A stretch of DNA of 64,000 nt from Phoronis australis. Taxonomy: Eukaryota > Animalia > Phoronida. The position numbers and the translations under genes are program-made. Shown here piece after piece: positions 1-13,000 of the stretch (its first letter is position 1; every line of letters starts with the position of its first letter). Under the pieces are notes generated by a model that ran no database searches, was not told the DNA's origin, and saw nothing but the letters and a program-made list of their open reading frames with translations. The stretch lies in NCBI GenBank assembly GCA_002633005.1, contig NMRA01000005.1:1160101-1224100 (forward strand), given 5' to 3'.

Positions 1-333
1 TTCTTCAGTATGAATTCAAGATAAGTGTCTATTATTGTGTGTTCTCATGAAGTACATTAGGTTTTATGTGGATGAGTATGTGATCTAATCGTAATTTGCA
101 CTTGGTGACTACAGCATTATTGCTACAAGTTCAAGTTTGAATGTGAATTTTCCTGAGTTTGTACTCGAGTGGGTTTTTACTCAACAACCCTGTAACAGAA
201 ATCTAGGGGTCACAAGTGCATAAACCATAATGTACTATAACAAACAAAAATGGGCACTTATCTTGATATTGTATTAAAGTACAACTTAACAGAAGATGCC
301 GAGTTCTGTTTCATCCACAAAGATTTGACCACA

Positions 334-465
334 CAGGGGCGGATCCAGGATTTTGAGTTGGGGCGTGAGCCAGAGCAGAGTATTAGTCAGGATTTTGCCT
401 GTCAGACATTCGCACCCCCGAACTGCCAAATGGAATCCGGGACAATTTTAGTGTTGGAGGGCATG
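334..465 (+). mobile_element. Truncated copy of a short dispersed element (same family as 26279-26438)
   Basis: CAGGGGCGGATCCAGGATTTTGAGTT...CAGACATTCGCACCCC...AATTTTAG aligns with sequence from 26279 onward. Confidence 0.7.
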
Positions 466-784
466 CAGTGCTATGTACAGTATTAGGTTATTGTATTATG
501 AATATTCATGAACTAGCCTGACATAATTGTGATGTATTTTAAATACTTCTGCTGTTAAAATGTTTCTCACCATTTTTCGCTTCTCTGTGTCCATTGGCTT
601 TTTTTTAATGACAACTGATAAGTGTCCATCTAAGAGCAGAGGTTTATTGGATAGCCTGCCACCTGGTGACTGTACATTTTATGTCAGCATAGATCACTCA
701 TCATTCAATGTTTTTTTACTGATTTGATGATTCCCGCTTTCTGTGAAAATGGAGATAATGCCTGAATTGTTGTGTTCCTTCCAG

Positions 785-1051
785 ACTTACCAATACATGT
801 GTACGTGAAGAGTTTAAGGATAACCCTGACACTGTGTTTGAACACTTGGCTGGCGGCGGTAATGGTGGCAAACTGACGGAGGAGGACATGCGCTCTCTAA
901 TGTTTGGAGACTACATGAACCCTGACCTGGAGCCCGAGGAACGGGTTTACGAGGAAGTGTTTAGTTTGGACAACTTCTACCAGGTGGCGGAGCAGTGCTT
1001 GGATGAATATAATCAGACACACAAGACCCGGATGAATTTGGTCATATTCAG
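785..1051 (+). CDS. DNAH12: Dynein heavy chain exon (first in window)
   Basis: ccag acceptor, AG|gtacgg donor; encodes LMFGDYMNP...[14 protein letters not shown]. Confidence 0.9.
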
Positions 1052-4000
1052 GTACGGCAGTGTTAATAGACTCCATACTGTTGTAAATGGTGGGGTGATT
1101 ACAGCGACATCTATACTGTTTTTCAGATTTTTTGTTTTAAATCTTTGTCGACATTCCAGTTTGCTTTTTTAATATTTTCAAACAAAACAGGGATTTAAGT
1201 TAAAAATATGAAGTCTACTGCGTGTTTTTTGTCTCGGGTAAAGCCAGTGTGTAAGTACTGTCACTGTGTTAAATGTTTTTTGTTGAATTTGTTAGTAAAA
1301 GACCAGGCTTTATCAACTGTATAATTATCGTTAAGTACCTTTGTTTGATAGTAATTATATACTTGCTGAGAATCTGTTTTGCTCTTGTATCAAAAAGATC
1401 TTAAAGTCGGACAAGATAATGTAGATTTTAGTTCTGTCTATTTTGAGACACGTGTCTGATCGTGATTTTTAATTTTACATTTTTTAAGCAAAATCGTCAA
1501 TAACTTAAACATATTTGCAGATATGTGTTGGAGCATTTGTCTCGTATCTGTCGCATCCTGCGCAGTCCTGGAGGTAATGCCCTCCTGGTGGGAGTGGGCG
1601 GTTCAGGCCGTCAATCTTTGACGCGCCTAGCAACCGCTATGGCAGGCTACACTCTGTTCCAGCCAGAGATTTCTAAGAACTATGGAATGAATGAGTGGAG
1701 AGAGGACATCAAGGTGAGTAATAATTTTTAAAAAACAAGTTGTGTGAGTTTTGCAATGTCCCGGTATGTATCTTTTGTGATGGAATAACTGCCAGAAGTA
1801 ATTGCACTAAATGACCTGCAATTCATTAGCATAATAGTCGTCCATGGTTACAAAGAATCACAGTTAAGTTAAAAGTATGTGGGGATTATGAAGACATGCT
1901 GCATGGTGCGTCATGACATCAAATTTGCTGCCAGTGGAATTAGCTGACATGATGGGGACTAGTATTTTCTCAATTTTCTGTTAGATTATTTTGCACAAAA
2001 TCTTTTTGGTGTCCTTGTTTCTGGTAATCAGAACTCATGGACTTGGACGCTATTCTGTATTTTTGACAGACTGTGTTGAAGAAAGCCGGAGCGGAGGGTA
2101 AGATGACCACGTTCCTTATGACTGATACTCAAATGAAGGAGGAGTCCTTCTTAGAGGATATTGATGGTTTGCTGAACACGGGGGAAGTGCCTAACCTGTT
2201 CCCAGCAGATGAGAAGGCGGAGCTTATGGAGGTGAGTGACTGTATGGTGTGGTTGGCAGATTTGATGTTGTGTTTATAGTTTTGTAGAGAATAAAAACAT
2301 TGTCTTGTAATCAAAATTAATATTTTTTGTTCTATAATTTGCTATTTGTGAGGTCTTGTATTATGAGTGTGTATCAGTTTCATCATAACAAACTTAGAGG
2401 TTCATATTATTGTTAAGTAAATAATTGTTTCCTGTACCAATAGTTGACCTCTCAAGCGCACCATAGCACAAGTTTATTTAGTCAAAAGTGGGCCCTAATG
2501 ATGACTCTTATGAAAAAGGTGACCCCTTTCGCTCAGTCCATAGGATTACCCCATGTCCCTCTTCTTAATATTTTTACCACGTTTTCAGCTCGTGCGACCA
2601 GCTGCCCAGGCTGGTGACAAGAACGCTGACTTCAGTCCACTGGCTCTGTTTGCTTTCTTTGTTAACCGTTGTCGTGAGAACCTGCACATTGTCATCGCGT
2701 TCAGTCCCATTGGTGATGCGTTCCGTAATAGGCTTCGCCAGTTCCCATCCCTCATCAACTGTTGCACCATCGACTGGTTCCAGGTCGGTATTTACATTTG
2801 AGTTGTAGTTTTGTTCAGATGTTATAAAAATCATAGAATTATCCTTAAATTTGCACTCCTTGTTCAGTCACTGCAAAAGTCAATTAATAACACTAACTCA
2901 TCAGCAACATAGAATTAGAATTGGTTCATGTGGGGAAGATAATCCTAGTCAATTTGAATTTGCTGAGAAGTTTCGTCAGAATTTACAAGTTATGAGAAAT
3001 TGTTCTCAACTTTTGCAAGGGTTCAATGGACCGAAGAAAAACATCTGGTGACATTCAAATATTGGGTTAGCTTTTAAGAGCCATTGGAAAAAGAATTTAC
3101 ATAAAATCTGGATGAAACCAGTTTGAGGAATTCAATCTGATAAAACTATTGCTTGCTTTGCTGCAACACAAAAAGTAGTTTCCCTTATTACCAATAGAGT
3201 GCGACTCTGAAAATGTGCCTCAGCACGCCGCTCAGTGGCATTTCTTATATTGGCTTGGCTTGTCATTGTTGTAGGCATGGCCTGAGGATGCCTTGGAACG
3301 TGTGGCCAACAAATTCCTAGAAGTGGTCGACATCCCTGATGAGATGAAGGTGGAAACAGTACATATCTGTAAGCTGTTCCATACAAGCGCTATGGATCTC
3401 TCCACCAAGTGAGTGGCGCCACCAGTCTCTTCCAGTGTCTCATTTTTTATTTCATTTAAAAATGAAATATGATTATAGGAAATTCTGTTTTAGCCGCCGT
3501 TTTGGTTTCCATCGTGATTTTCAAAATGGTTACAACATTTGGTGTAATGTGCTCCAACATCAGCTGTCCATCTTTGTTTACAATATGGCTGACTTTTCGA
3601 AAGTTCCGCCTAGTCAAGTATTTAATGCCACAAAAATGTTTGTGTCGACTGTTAGTAGGTTTGCCATACTGAGATTCTACAGAAAGCAGATATAGCGAAG
3701 ACGCCTGACCCTATTCTCCATTTACGCAGGTACCTTTCTGAGCTAGGTCGGCACAACTACGTAACACCCACCTCCTATCTGGAGCTGATTGGTTCATTCA
3801 AGACTCTACTCACTGCCAAACAAGACGAGATCATGAAAGGAAAACGTCGCTATGAAGTTGGTCTTGAGAAACTGGCCTTTGCCGCTTCACAGGTCGCCGC
3901 CATGCAAAAAGAGCTTGAAGAACTCCAACCAGAGCTGAAGAAATCTCAAGAGGAGACCAATCGCATGATGGTCGTTATAGAGAAAGAGTCGAAGGAGGTC

Positions 4001-7000
4001 GAAGAGACGCGGAAGGTCGTGAAAGCAGACGAAGCTGTCGCAAGCGAACAGGCGGCACAAGCCCAGGCATTAAAAGACGAATGTGAGAGTGAGTTGGCCG
4101 AGGCAATTCCGGCACTCGAAGCAGCCATTTCTGCCCTGAATACTTTGAAGCCGGCCGATATCACGATTGTCAAGTCAATGAAAAATCCACCCCCTGGTGT
4201 GAAGTTGGTGATGTCTGCCGTCTGTGTGATGAAAGATATCAAACCGGAGAAAATCAACGACCCAGCCGGAACTGGTCAAAAGGTAAGTAGAGCAGTTCAT
4301 TGTCCACATTTTCTGTTTCATAACTTAGAATGGAGCTTTCAGTGTTACCGCTAATCTACCAAGACAATGATATACTGGTTGACACAAAGGTATGCGTCTA
4401 TGACATATTAATTTTCCAGATTCTTGACTACTGGGGACCATCCAAGAAATTACTGGGTGACATGAAATTTTTGGACATGCTTAAAGAATACGACAAGGAC
4501 AACATACCTGTGGCTGTGATGTCCAAAATTAGGAAGGAATACATCACCAACGCAGACTTTGACCCGTCTAAAGTAGCCAAGGCTTCGAGTGCTGCTGAAG
4601 GTCTGTGCAAATGGGTGATGGCAATGGAAATCTACGACAGAGTGGCTAAGGTAAATTATGGAGAAGACGGCAAAAAATTCAAGATGTTCCCTTTCTTTCT
4701 TTTTGGAATAAGTTTCATCAAACCAAAGATAGGTCTAGAATTTAAGAACATTTCATCAATTGTAACCTCGTATGAGCTTGCGATTTTTTATCATTTGTTC
4801 GGTGCCGTGACATGCAGGCAGTCCTTTCAAATGTCTTCTACTCGAAAATGTATTCGTAAATTCTTGACTATGAAAAATTAATTCTTAAGCAATGTGAAGT
4901 AATGGAAATGCTTTCTGAAGGTCAAGAATAATATTAACTTTCTTACTTTTTATGTCACAAAATCAATAAAAAATTATGTAACAGAGCACACAGTGTTTTG
5001 TCTCATTCTGCAATCCAGCACAATATTCACTTCTCAAATGCCGTATAAAATTAAATTGACGAAAATCTTGAAGGAAATCTGTTTTTACCGTTTAGGTTGT
5101 AGCCCCCAAGAAAGCCCGTCTGGCAGAGGCTGAGTCAGAGCTCGCGGAAACCATGGGAACACTGCGTGCCAAGCAGGCGGAACTTAAGGCTGTGGAAGAA
5201 CGTCTGGCCAAGCTTGAGCAGACGTTCCAAGAGATGACGGAGAAGAAAGAAAACTTGGAGTTTCAGGCATGGAAATTTCTATGTATTTCAATCTTTATTA
5301 TGTACTGAATCCAGATAAATGTCGTAAGTTTTGTTTTTAAATTAATGATTTTTAATATGTAAAGCTTGGCACTTGTAGACCGGCAGCCCAGAGCACTTAG
5401 CATAGATGAACGAGGTACCAACATCTGACCACGGGAGCATTTAAAGTCCACCTNGCGGTACTATTGTTCGTTTTCAATCAGTTTTGGTTGGTACCTCGAA
5501 TATCTAGTCTAGCTCATTTTTGGGGCTCTTTGTAAGGCCCCCAGGGGTCACACCCAGAGTGCAGACAACGGCAGACGTCCATTTCTGTACATACTGAGGT
5601 GGACTTTAAATGCTCCCGTGGTCAGATGTTGGTACCTCGTTCATCTATGCTAAGTGCTCTGGGCTGCCGGTCTATTGTGTTATAATTTATCATTTGAAAT
5701 TCGAATACTAAGGTGTGTGTGTTGCTTTACTTGTAGGTTGACTTGTGTGGAAAGAAACTCGTGAGAGCGGAAAAACTGATTGGTGGACTCGGTGGTGAAA
5801 AGTCTCGTTGGACTGAAGCCGCAGCCTCACTTCAGAACACGTACGACAACTTGGCAGGCGATGTGTTGATCTCTGCCGGTGTCATCGCCTACCTGGGACC
5901 ATTCACTTTGTCCTTCAGAGATGAGTGCACGACGCAATGGGTTGAACAGTGTACTGTGAGTAACGAATAAATTATGATAATTAAAAGACAAACAGTATTT
6001 ATTGAATTATCATAATGACGACCATGTTATACTATGATTATGTTTTAATGATTATGGATAAGAAATATGTGATGTCATGTGTACTATCAGTTGAATACTT
6101 TTTCGCTTAATTTGATTTTTAAATTAATAGTCTGCTTGGAAACAAAACAGTGTGTGTTAAAGATTCTAGTGTAGCAATTGACTAGACCTAATAACTGCTT
6201 CTTTGCTCAAAATTTGTTTTCAATTTTCTAGGCCAGAAAAATTCCTTGCTCGGAGCATTATTCACTAAGCAAAATCCTTGGTGAGCCAATCAAGATTCAA
6301 GCATGGAACATCAACGGTTTGCCAAAGGACAGCTTCTCCATTGACAATGGTGTCATCGTTGCGAACGCACGTAGATGGTGAGTGTCTGTGACATTTTTTT
6401 GATGAATCTTGTTTTTTGTGCTCAGATCCATGATTTGTGGCTTTTGCATGCCCAAAAATACAAAAATTTAATTACAAACTAAATAAATTTGAGGCAGATT
6501 AATGGGCCCAAATGCAACAAAGAAAGATGGACCCTGCAGATTTATTGGAGAATTAGCAAGACGCATTTGCTCCATGAAATCATGAAATAGGCTGTTATGT
6601 TTGGATATACTGGTCTCAAAAAGTTCTTGCCATTGCAGCAGTTTTGTCATCAAAGGGAATTGGGTGGTCACTTGTAGTTAACATAAAACTACCAAGAAAT
6701 TTTGACAGGATTATCAAAATTTATGGCTTTTGACACTTTTTCTTAGCGATCAAGTCTCTAGGCATATTATGACTTGAAAAGGTTTGATACATATTTTGTT
6801 TTGTTTGCGTTATCTGGTTTATAACTTGCTTAAGTGTGCATGAAAGAAATGTCCCTCCCTCGTAGGCTTTTGTGAGATCATGCTGAAAGCACGGTTTTTG
6901 AATTATAGCAATTTCTGATTGGTCCATAACTGAAAATAAAACTTGTTGACAGCATGCAGTTGGCAATCTCTATTGAAATCTTCTATCTCTTTAGGCCTCT

Positions 7001-10000
7001 AATGATTGACCCTCAAGGTCAGGCCAATAAGTGGGTCAAGAACACGGAGAAGGATAACAAGTTGTCAGTCATCAAACTGACTGACGCCGACTACATCCGC
7101 CACCTGGAGAATTGTATCCAATTCGGCTACCCCCTGTTGCTGGAGAATGTGGGCGAGGAGCTGGACCCCTCGCTGGAACCCCTGCTGTTGAAGCAGACGT
7201 TCAAACAAAGTAGGTTTTGTGTTTTTCACTTTATTGTATGTAATTTTAGATTTTGCTTGTTGTGTTTATTAAAGCCTGCTGCACACCAAGTACCATATTT
7301 TGCCAAATCAAATTCAGAAAAATTCATTGTTTGTTTTTGCTCGAGTTTTACATAATCTTGACTTCCTGTATTTAGTTAATCTAGCAGCTTTTCCATTTTG
7401 AAAGTACCGCCATAGGTCCTACTAAGTAAAGCCTTCTGATCTCTTTAACTCTTTTGCTTCGATATCCCAAAGAAAGAGGAGCAAAGAGTCCGGAGACCAA
7501 TTCTCTTGATTTCATGGTGTGCGACTGGCTTTTCTTAGAGATGGAGTGTATTAGGTCCAGTTCACAATGTGTACTCAGTCACCCTGCTGTGTGCTCTAGT
7601 TTCAGATACTTTGATTGGTTAGTTTTTACGTGATGATCTTAGTTAAACCTTTCCGAGTGTGTTTACGGAATGAGTCTAACCAAAGTGCATGTAAACTGCT
7701 CCCTAGAGTCCTGACAATGTGATGTGTGACGGTGAGGTTAGAGTCAATGATATAGTGACATGTCCTGTGTTTTAAAGTAAACTTTTGCCAAAATTAATGG
7801 ACACGTCATGTGCAGCTGGTTCCTTTATATGATTTCCCATTTTATGAACATTACTTTGTCTATAAAATCATTTGAAGCAAATTCCTTGTGTCTCTGCGTC
7901 TTAAAAAGAAGTGCTTCCAAGTTTTCACTGTTAATTTGCCTTCGTCGAATTTTTCATTCCATATTCCAACCACTCTGCTATTAAATTTTTTTTTACCAGT
8001 TTTGACTTCTTTGTGAAGTCCCTAGTCCTCAAATGGTTTCTCAGTCATAATTGCCAACCTTTTGCCTTTTACTACTGTCACACATCGTTTAGAAACTGGA
8101 GATTTGTCTTGTAATGCATTGAATGCAGTGTGTGCATGAGACATCTTTTAAAGAATAGCAAATATTGATTTCTTATTTATGAGACATTGCATGTTTCATG
8201 AATTCACCAACACTTTGAGTGGTTCCCAGTTGATCCACCAGATGGCAGAACTGACTGAGATTCTAATATTCTTTCATTGATGACGATGCTTCCGTCTGAA
8301 AACTCCCCCAATCCCGACGCATATGTACTAAAGACTAGTGCACAATGGTAGTGCTCGTGAGATCACCTGCTCCACATACTCTCAAATCTCACCAACTTTA
8401 GACACAAAACGGTGAACTAGCCAAATTTTTTCCTCTTATTTTTTTTATGAACGACAAGTTGCACCTTTAGCATTTTCAAGGTGTTCGCCGTAACGACCGT
8501 GAACATGGATTTGAAAATTTGCAAGTACTCACAACAATGTGATTAGAAGCGTTTGAAAAATGAGAAAGAGTCATCAGTCTAGCAATGTTTTTCGTGTGAA
8601 ATGTTTGGAATTTTATTGCAAGAACAGAATGAGGAGCATCTGAGATCTCTCACGACTCATTTAGTCGTTGTGTCTCTCTTGCCAAATTTCATTTTACCAG
8701 AAACCAAAGAGCGTTCTCAACTTCAACAAGAATTTCAGTGCATCTCAGTGCTGCCATCTGTGGTTCTCTGTAGTTAGTGAAGTAGCCCCACTGTTTGACG
8801 ACCGAGTTTGCTAACCATTGTTTGCGTTTATTTTCAACAGTGAGCATGGGTAAGTGTTCCCCAATTCACTCTCTGCTTTGATTCTTCTCTGAACGTGCCG
8901 TACACAAACTGCCGGGAGTTCACGTGACACAGTGATTGTTTTTATATATTCATTGTGCATTGCGTCACGTGATGTGCCCGAATTCAGAAATCAAGGGTGA
9001 TGGTGTGGTTGGGTAATTCATACGTTACCAAAGTTTTGTTATGTGTTCAGTGAATTTGAATTTGAAATTTGAATTTAATTGGAAGTGAAATCGTACATTC
9101 TGTTTTCGTGAAGACTTTTATCAACTTTTGTCAACATTTTCTCTGCAGAAGGTTGTATTCGGCACTGGAAGCAAATTTATCATCAATACAAAAATTTCCT
9201 GTGGCGCTTTGTAGGTTGTATGCTCTTTCCATGCACAAAACAATTAACACGTTCTTCAAAATTTGCCTGCAGGTTGCTTTAGATTATTTTCAAATCTCAT
9301 TAAATGTAGAACAAATTACATTACTTTGAAAAAAAACTTTCAATTTGATAAAGGTCTTCATTTCAAGGCCAAAATAACATTTGATATTATATTGAAACCA
9401 ACTAAAACAATGGTAATATTTGCATGCCGGAGTGGTGACGTTGTGTTTGAGATACCTTTAGTTTGCCCATTATATACTGATAATAAATGGTTCAATGCAA
9501 TATTGGAATAATCAAAACTTTCACACAGTTCTTTTATGCTTTTCGTATATGCTACACTCCAGAGGTTCATTTATCAAAACATCGTAGCCCAGTCCTAGCT
9601 AAGGCAGTCATATGCACATAATTATGCAAAACGACTGACTTTTAATAGTTTTGCATAACTATTCAGATTTAACGAATGCCAGCACTGGCTATTTTGATGA
9701 AGTGTTTATAAATTTCAGTCTAAGTTACGATTGTCTTAGCTGAGACTAAACTTAATGAAATTTCATAAAACAGTTACCAGGTTGAGTTTTAACAAAACTT
9801 GAAACTGCCTGCCAATTCACCGACATCAATTTGATACTGAAAAATGTTGAAGTTTTAGTTAATGAATTTCAAACTGTATAGTAGCTGCCATTATTATAAA
9901 CATTAAATTGTAAAATGGGTGGGAAATTCATCATGTGACCATCTACTACGTCACGAGAAGACGAGGACAGAATCTTGAGGGGGGAGTGTCGAAGTTGACT

Positions 10001-13000
10001 GTAGAACTGTGTTTTTCAGTAGCATATCAGTTGAAATGCATTCATTTGGATGTTATCTTCATCTCTACAAAAGTTATTGGAGTCTTTCACACGTCACAAT
10101 ACTCGTCTTTGCCGTTCTCACCTGTACGATTTGATTCATGTTTGTGTCGACCAGTGACGGACACTTAAGCTATTGGTTTATTTTTACCAAGTAGACATTT
10201 TTACATTTACATCTCTTATATAAAGTCATTTTAAAAATGTAATTGAGTAATCTTCAGATTATGTGCGATATACTTTTACTTATTAGTTTTGTCTTTAATT
10301 AATGTATCGGCGAAAAAACTGGTTGCTGAGATTAGTCCCAGTGCGCATTTGAACCTGTAACCTTTGCAGTCTCAGTCAGTCAATCAGTTGAGTGAGCTTG
10401 TTCTCACTCAGTAAATACTGGAGTATTTTCAGCTTACTTTACTGGCCTTGATTTCAGCGAATGACTGGCAGACAACGACAGGAGTTAACAATTTTTAATG
10501 AAATCCACATTTAATTGTATTAAGACTCTGGTCAAAGCTAGTAACTTCAACAAGTATATCCCATCCAACAGTAAGACCAAAAATGTGTTTTTGGCTGTTA
10601 AAACTGTCCCTTTAGGAGATTACATTCACAAGACAAGCACATAGTGAATGCTTTGCAAGCAGCACTTAGATAGCCTAGTTTTGAGCCATTGAATAATCTA
10701 CATGTACTAGGTAAATCTTAAAATAAGTAAGTGGGACAGTTTTATTTATTATTAAATTGAGGGTTCACTTTACTACCACCACGATTAAGGCCTTCTTTAT
10801 CTTATCCAGTCTATACTCTGCCAGTTAAGCCCCTGTCACCTCTAATTGGTACTTAGTAATAATACCCCCCTCTCCCACAAGCGACGTCAGATTCTGGAAA
10901 CAATTTTGCTCACATTAGTGGACTGTGCTGTCTTCAGTCAAAGATTGGGACGTTAAATGCCCAAAACGTTATGGAGTTTAAAAAAATTTGCTTTACCCAC
11001 TTTGTCGTTTTTAGAATCTCTGAATTTTTTAGATAACTATGTCGAATCTAATTTTGTTATGTAATTTTGGTGATGTGTGAAAAGGTTAGTTGTCATTTTT
11101 CTGGCATTAAAGAACCATGTTAGGTTTTTTCGTATGTGACTTTATTTGTTTCCAAAACCTGGCATCTATCTTATGAGCAGTAATCAGTAGCCATAGAATT
11201 CTTTCTATTTCTGACATCCCCAAAGAAAATCTCTATCGCTGCTAATTGTAATCTTCTATTTCTTTGAACTCTTATTTTTATCAATTTTATTCTAACTTTA
11301 TCGCCTATTTGATTTTGCAACAGTGGAACTAATGGTCCTACCATTTATGGGCGATGTGGATGAAGGTCAGAGGTCACACTTGTCCATCAAATTGCCCGTA
11401 GCACTGACGCCCTCCATTCACTGACTCACCTTTTTTCGTCAGTATTTTAAGTTGCCCTCAAGAATCGACCTGTTTATAAGTAAAATCAACTTACTCAGAG
11501 ACCGGGATATAGAAGTTCGAACATTTCGAACTGTGCTCTACAGTTCTTTGTCAACGACTGGTAGGGGGGCGTCTTGGTTTCCGGTCCCTCTGTTATCCGG
11601 AAGAAGTGTATAGCGTCATAGATAGGCAGAAGTTGCAAACCTTGGTCACGGTTCATGGATGGCCTATTGGTTTTTATGTATATAGACTCTTTGATCTTTC
11701 ACAGTTTGAAGCGTTCGAACTTCTATATCCTGGTCTCTGAGTAAGTTGATTTTACTTTTAAACACACCTTCACCGAGACCATGAAAAAACCTTTTTTCAA
11801 TCAAGAATCAACCTGTTTGGTGCATGAAACATTTTTTTAATTCTAAGAACATTCCAGAAACTCATCATAAAAATGCATGCAGTTTCATTGCAAAGCATGT
11901 ATGTTAAGGCATTGATGTTTTATTTTACTTTGTATTCCTCATCTTTCTGTTGTAAGTTATGCTAGCCTACACAATGTCCTAATTTTTAACACCTGTTTCC
12001 AACAAGTTATACTTGTTATTGATATTATTAAGGACTGTCAGTCAGTCACAATAATATTAAAATCTTTTGATTAACCTTTAATTTTCCAATAAACGTTTCC
12101 ATTAAAAACAGTTTCTGACATTGCAACATTGAATAACACTTTAGTTTTACAATTTGTCGCAGTGCCTCAGTTGTTGATCGTTTTCATCTCCCCCACCAGG
12201 TGGCGTTGAAATGATCCGTCTGGGCGAGAACGTGATTGAGTACAGCAAAGACTTCAAGTTCTACATTACAACTAAGCTGCGGAATCCGCACTACCTGCCG
12301 GAGATTGCCACCAAGGTGTCGCTCCTCAACTTCATGATTACGCCGGAAGGTCTGGAGGACCAACTGCTGGGAATTGTGGTCGCTAAGGAGAAGTAAGGCA
12401 TTCTTAACCTGGGTCATTTTTGATTTGAGCGATGAATAACATTACACATTTCAGACAAAAATAGTTGTAGTCACACTTTATGCAAATTTCCAAAATATTC
12501 TGTGTTGTAGCGACTGTGATCCTTCACTTGTTTAGCACACAATATGGCCGACAAGCGAATTTCCATTTTGTTGAATTTCTCTACGAAAGTAAAGGTTAGG
12601 ACATTTTAGTGCGTTACAAGCATGGTTTGTAGTTCGTAGATGTCATGTTTGCTGTTATTTGCGAAAAGCTGATCAGCCTTTGAAAAATGGAAATGACCGT
12701 TTTGGCAATTATTATTATTGTGCATAATAATTGGAGATCTACAGTAATGCAGAAGATGTGTGGGTTTGCGTTGACTTCAAGATATTAACTTGCTCTCGCG
12801 CCGTAACGTCTTGGGTTGTTCACTTGTGGAGTAGAAACGATGAATTCAATGCCACAAAGTTGCTGTTTTGCAAGAATGGGCTAGTAAGGTTCTCAAAGCT
12901 TTGTCTTCCGCTCCCTTCATTTTACGAGGTCTTGCTAGGTATTGATTTTCTCGCAGAACGCTGCCCTGATATCGCTCTGAAGATAAAACCAGTAAGAGCT

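Noticed and set aside
7210-12199. Nested gene in the 5-kb dynein intron
   Set aside because: Only short non-homologous ORFs; much of the length is explained by foldback and other repeat remnants.
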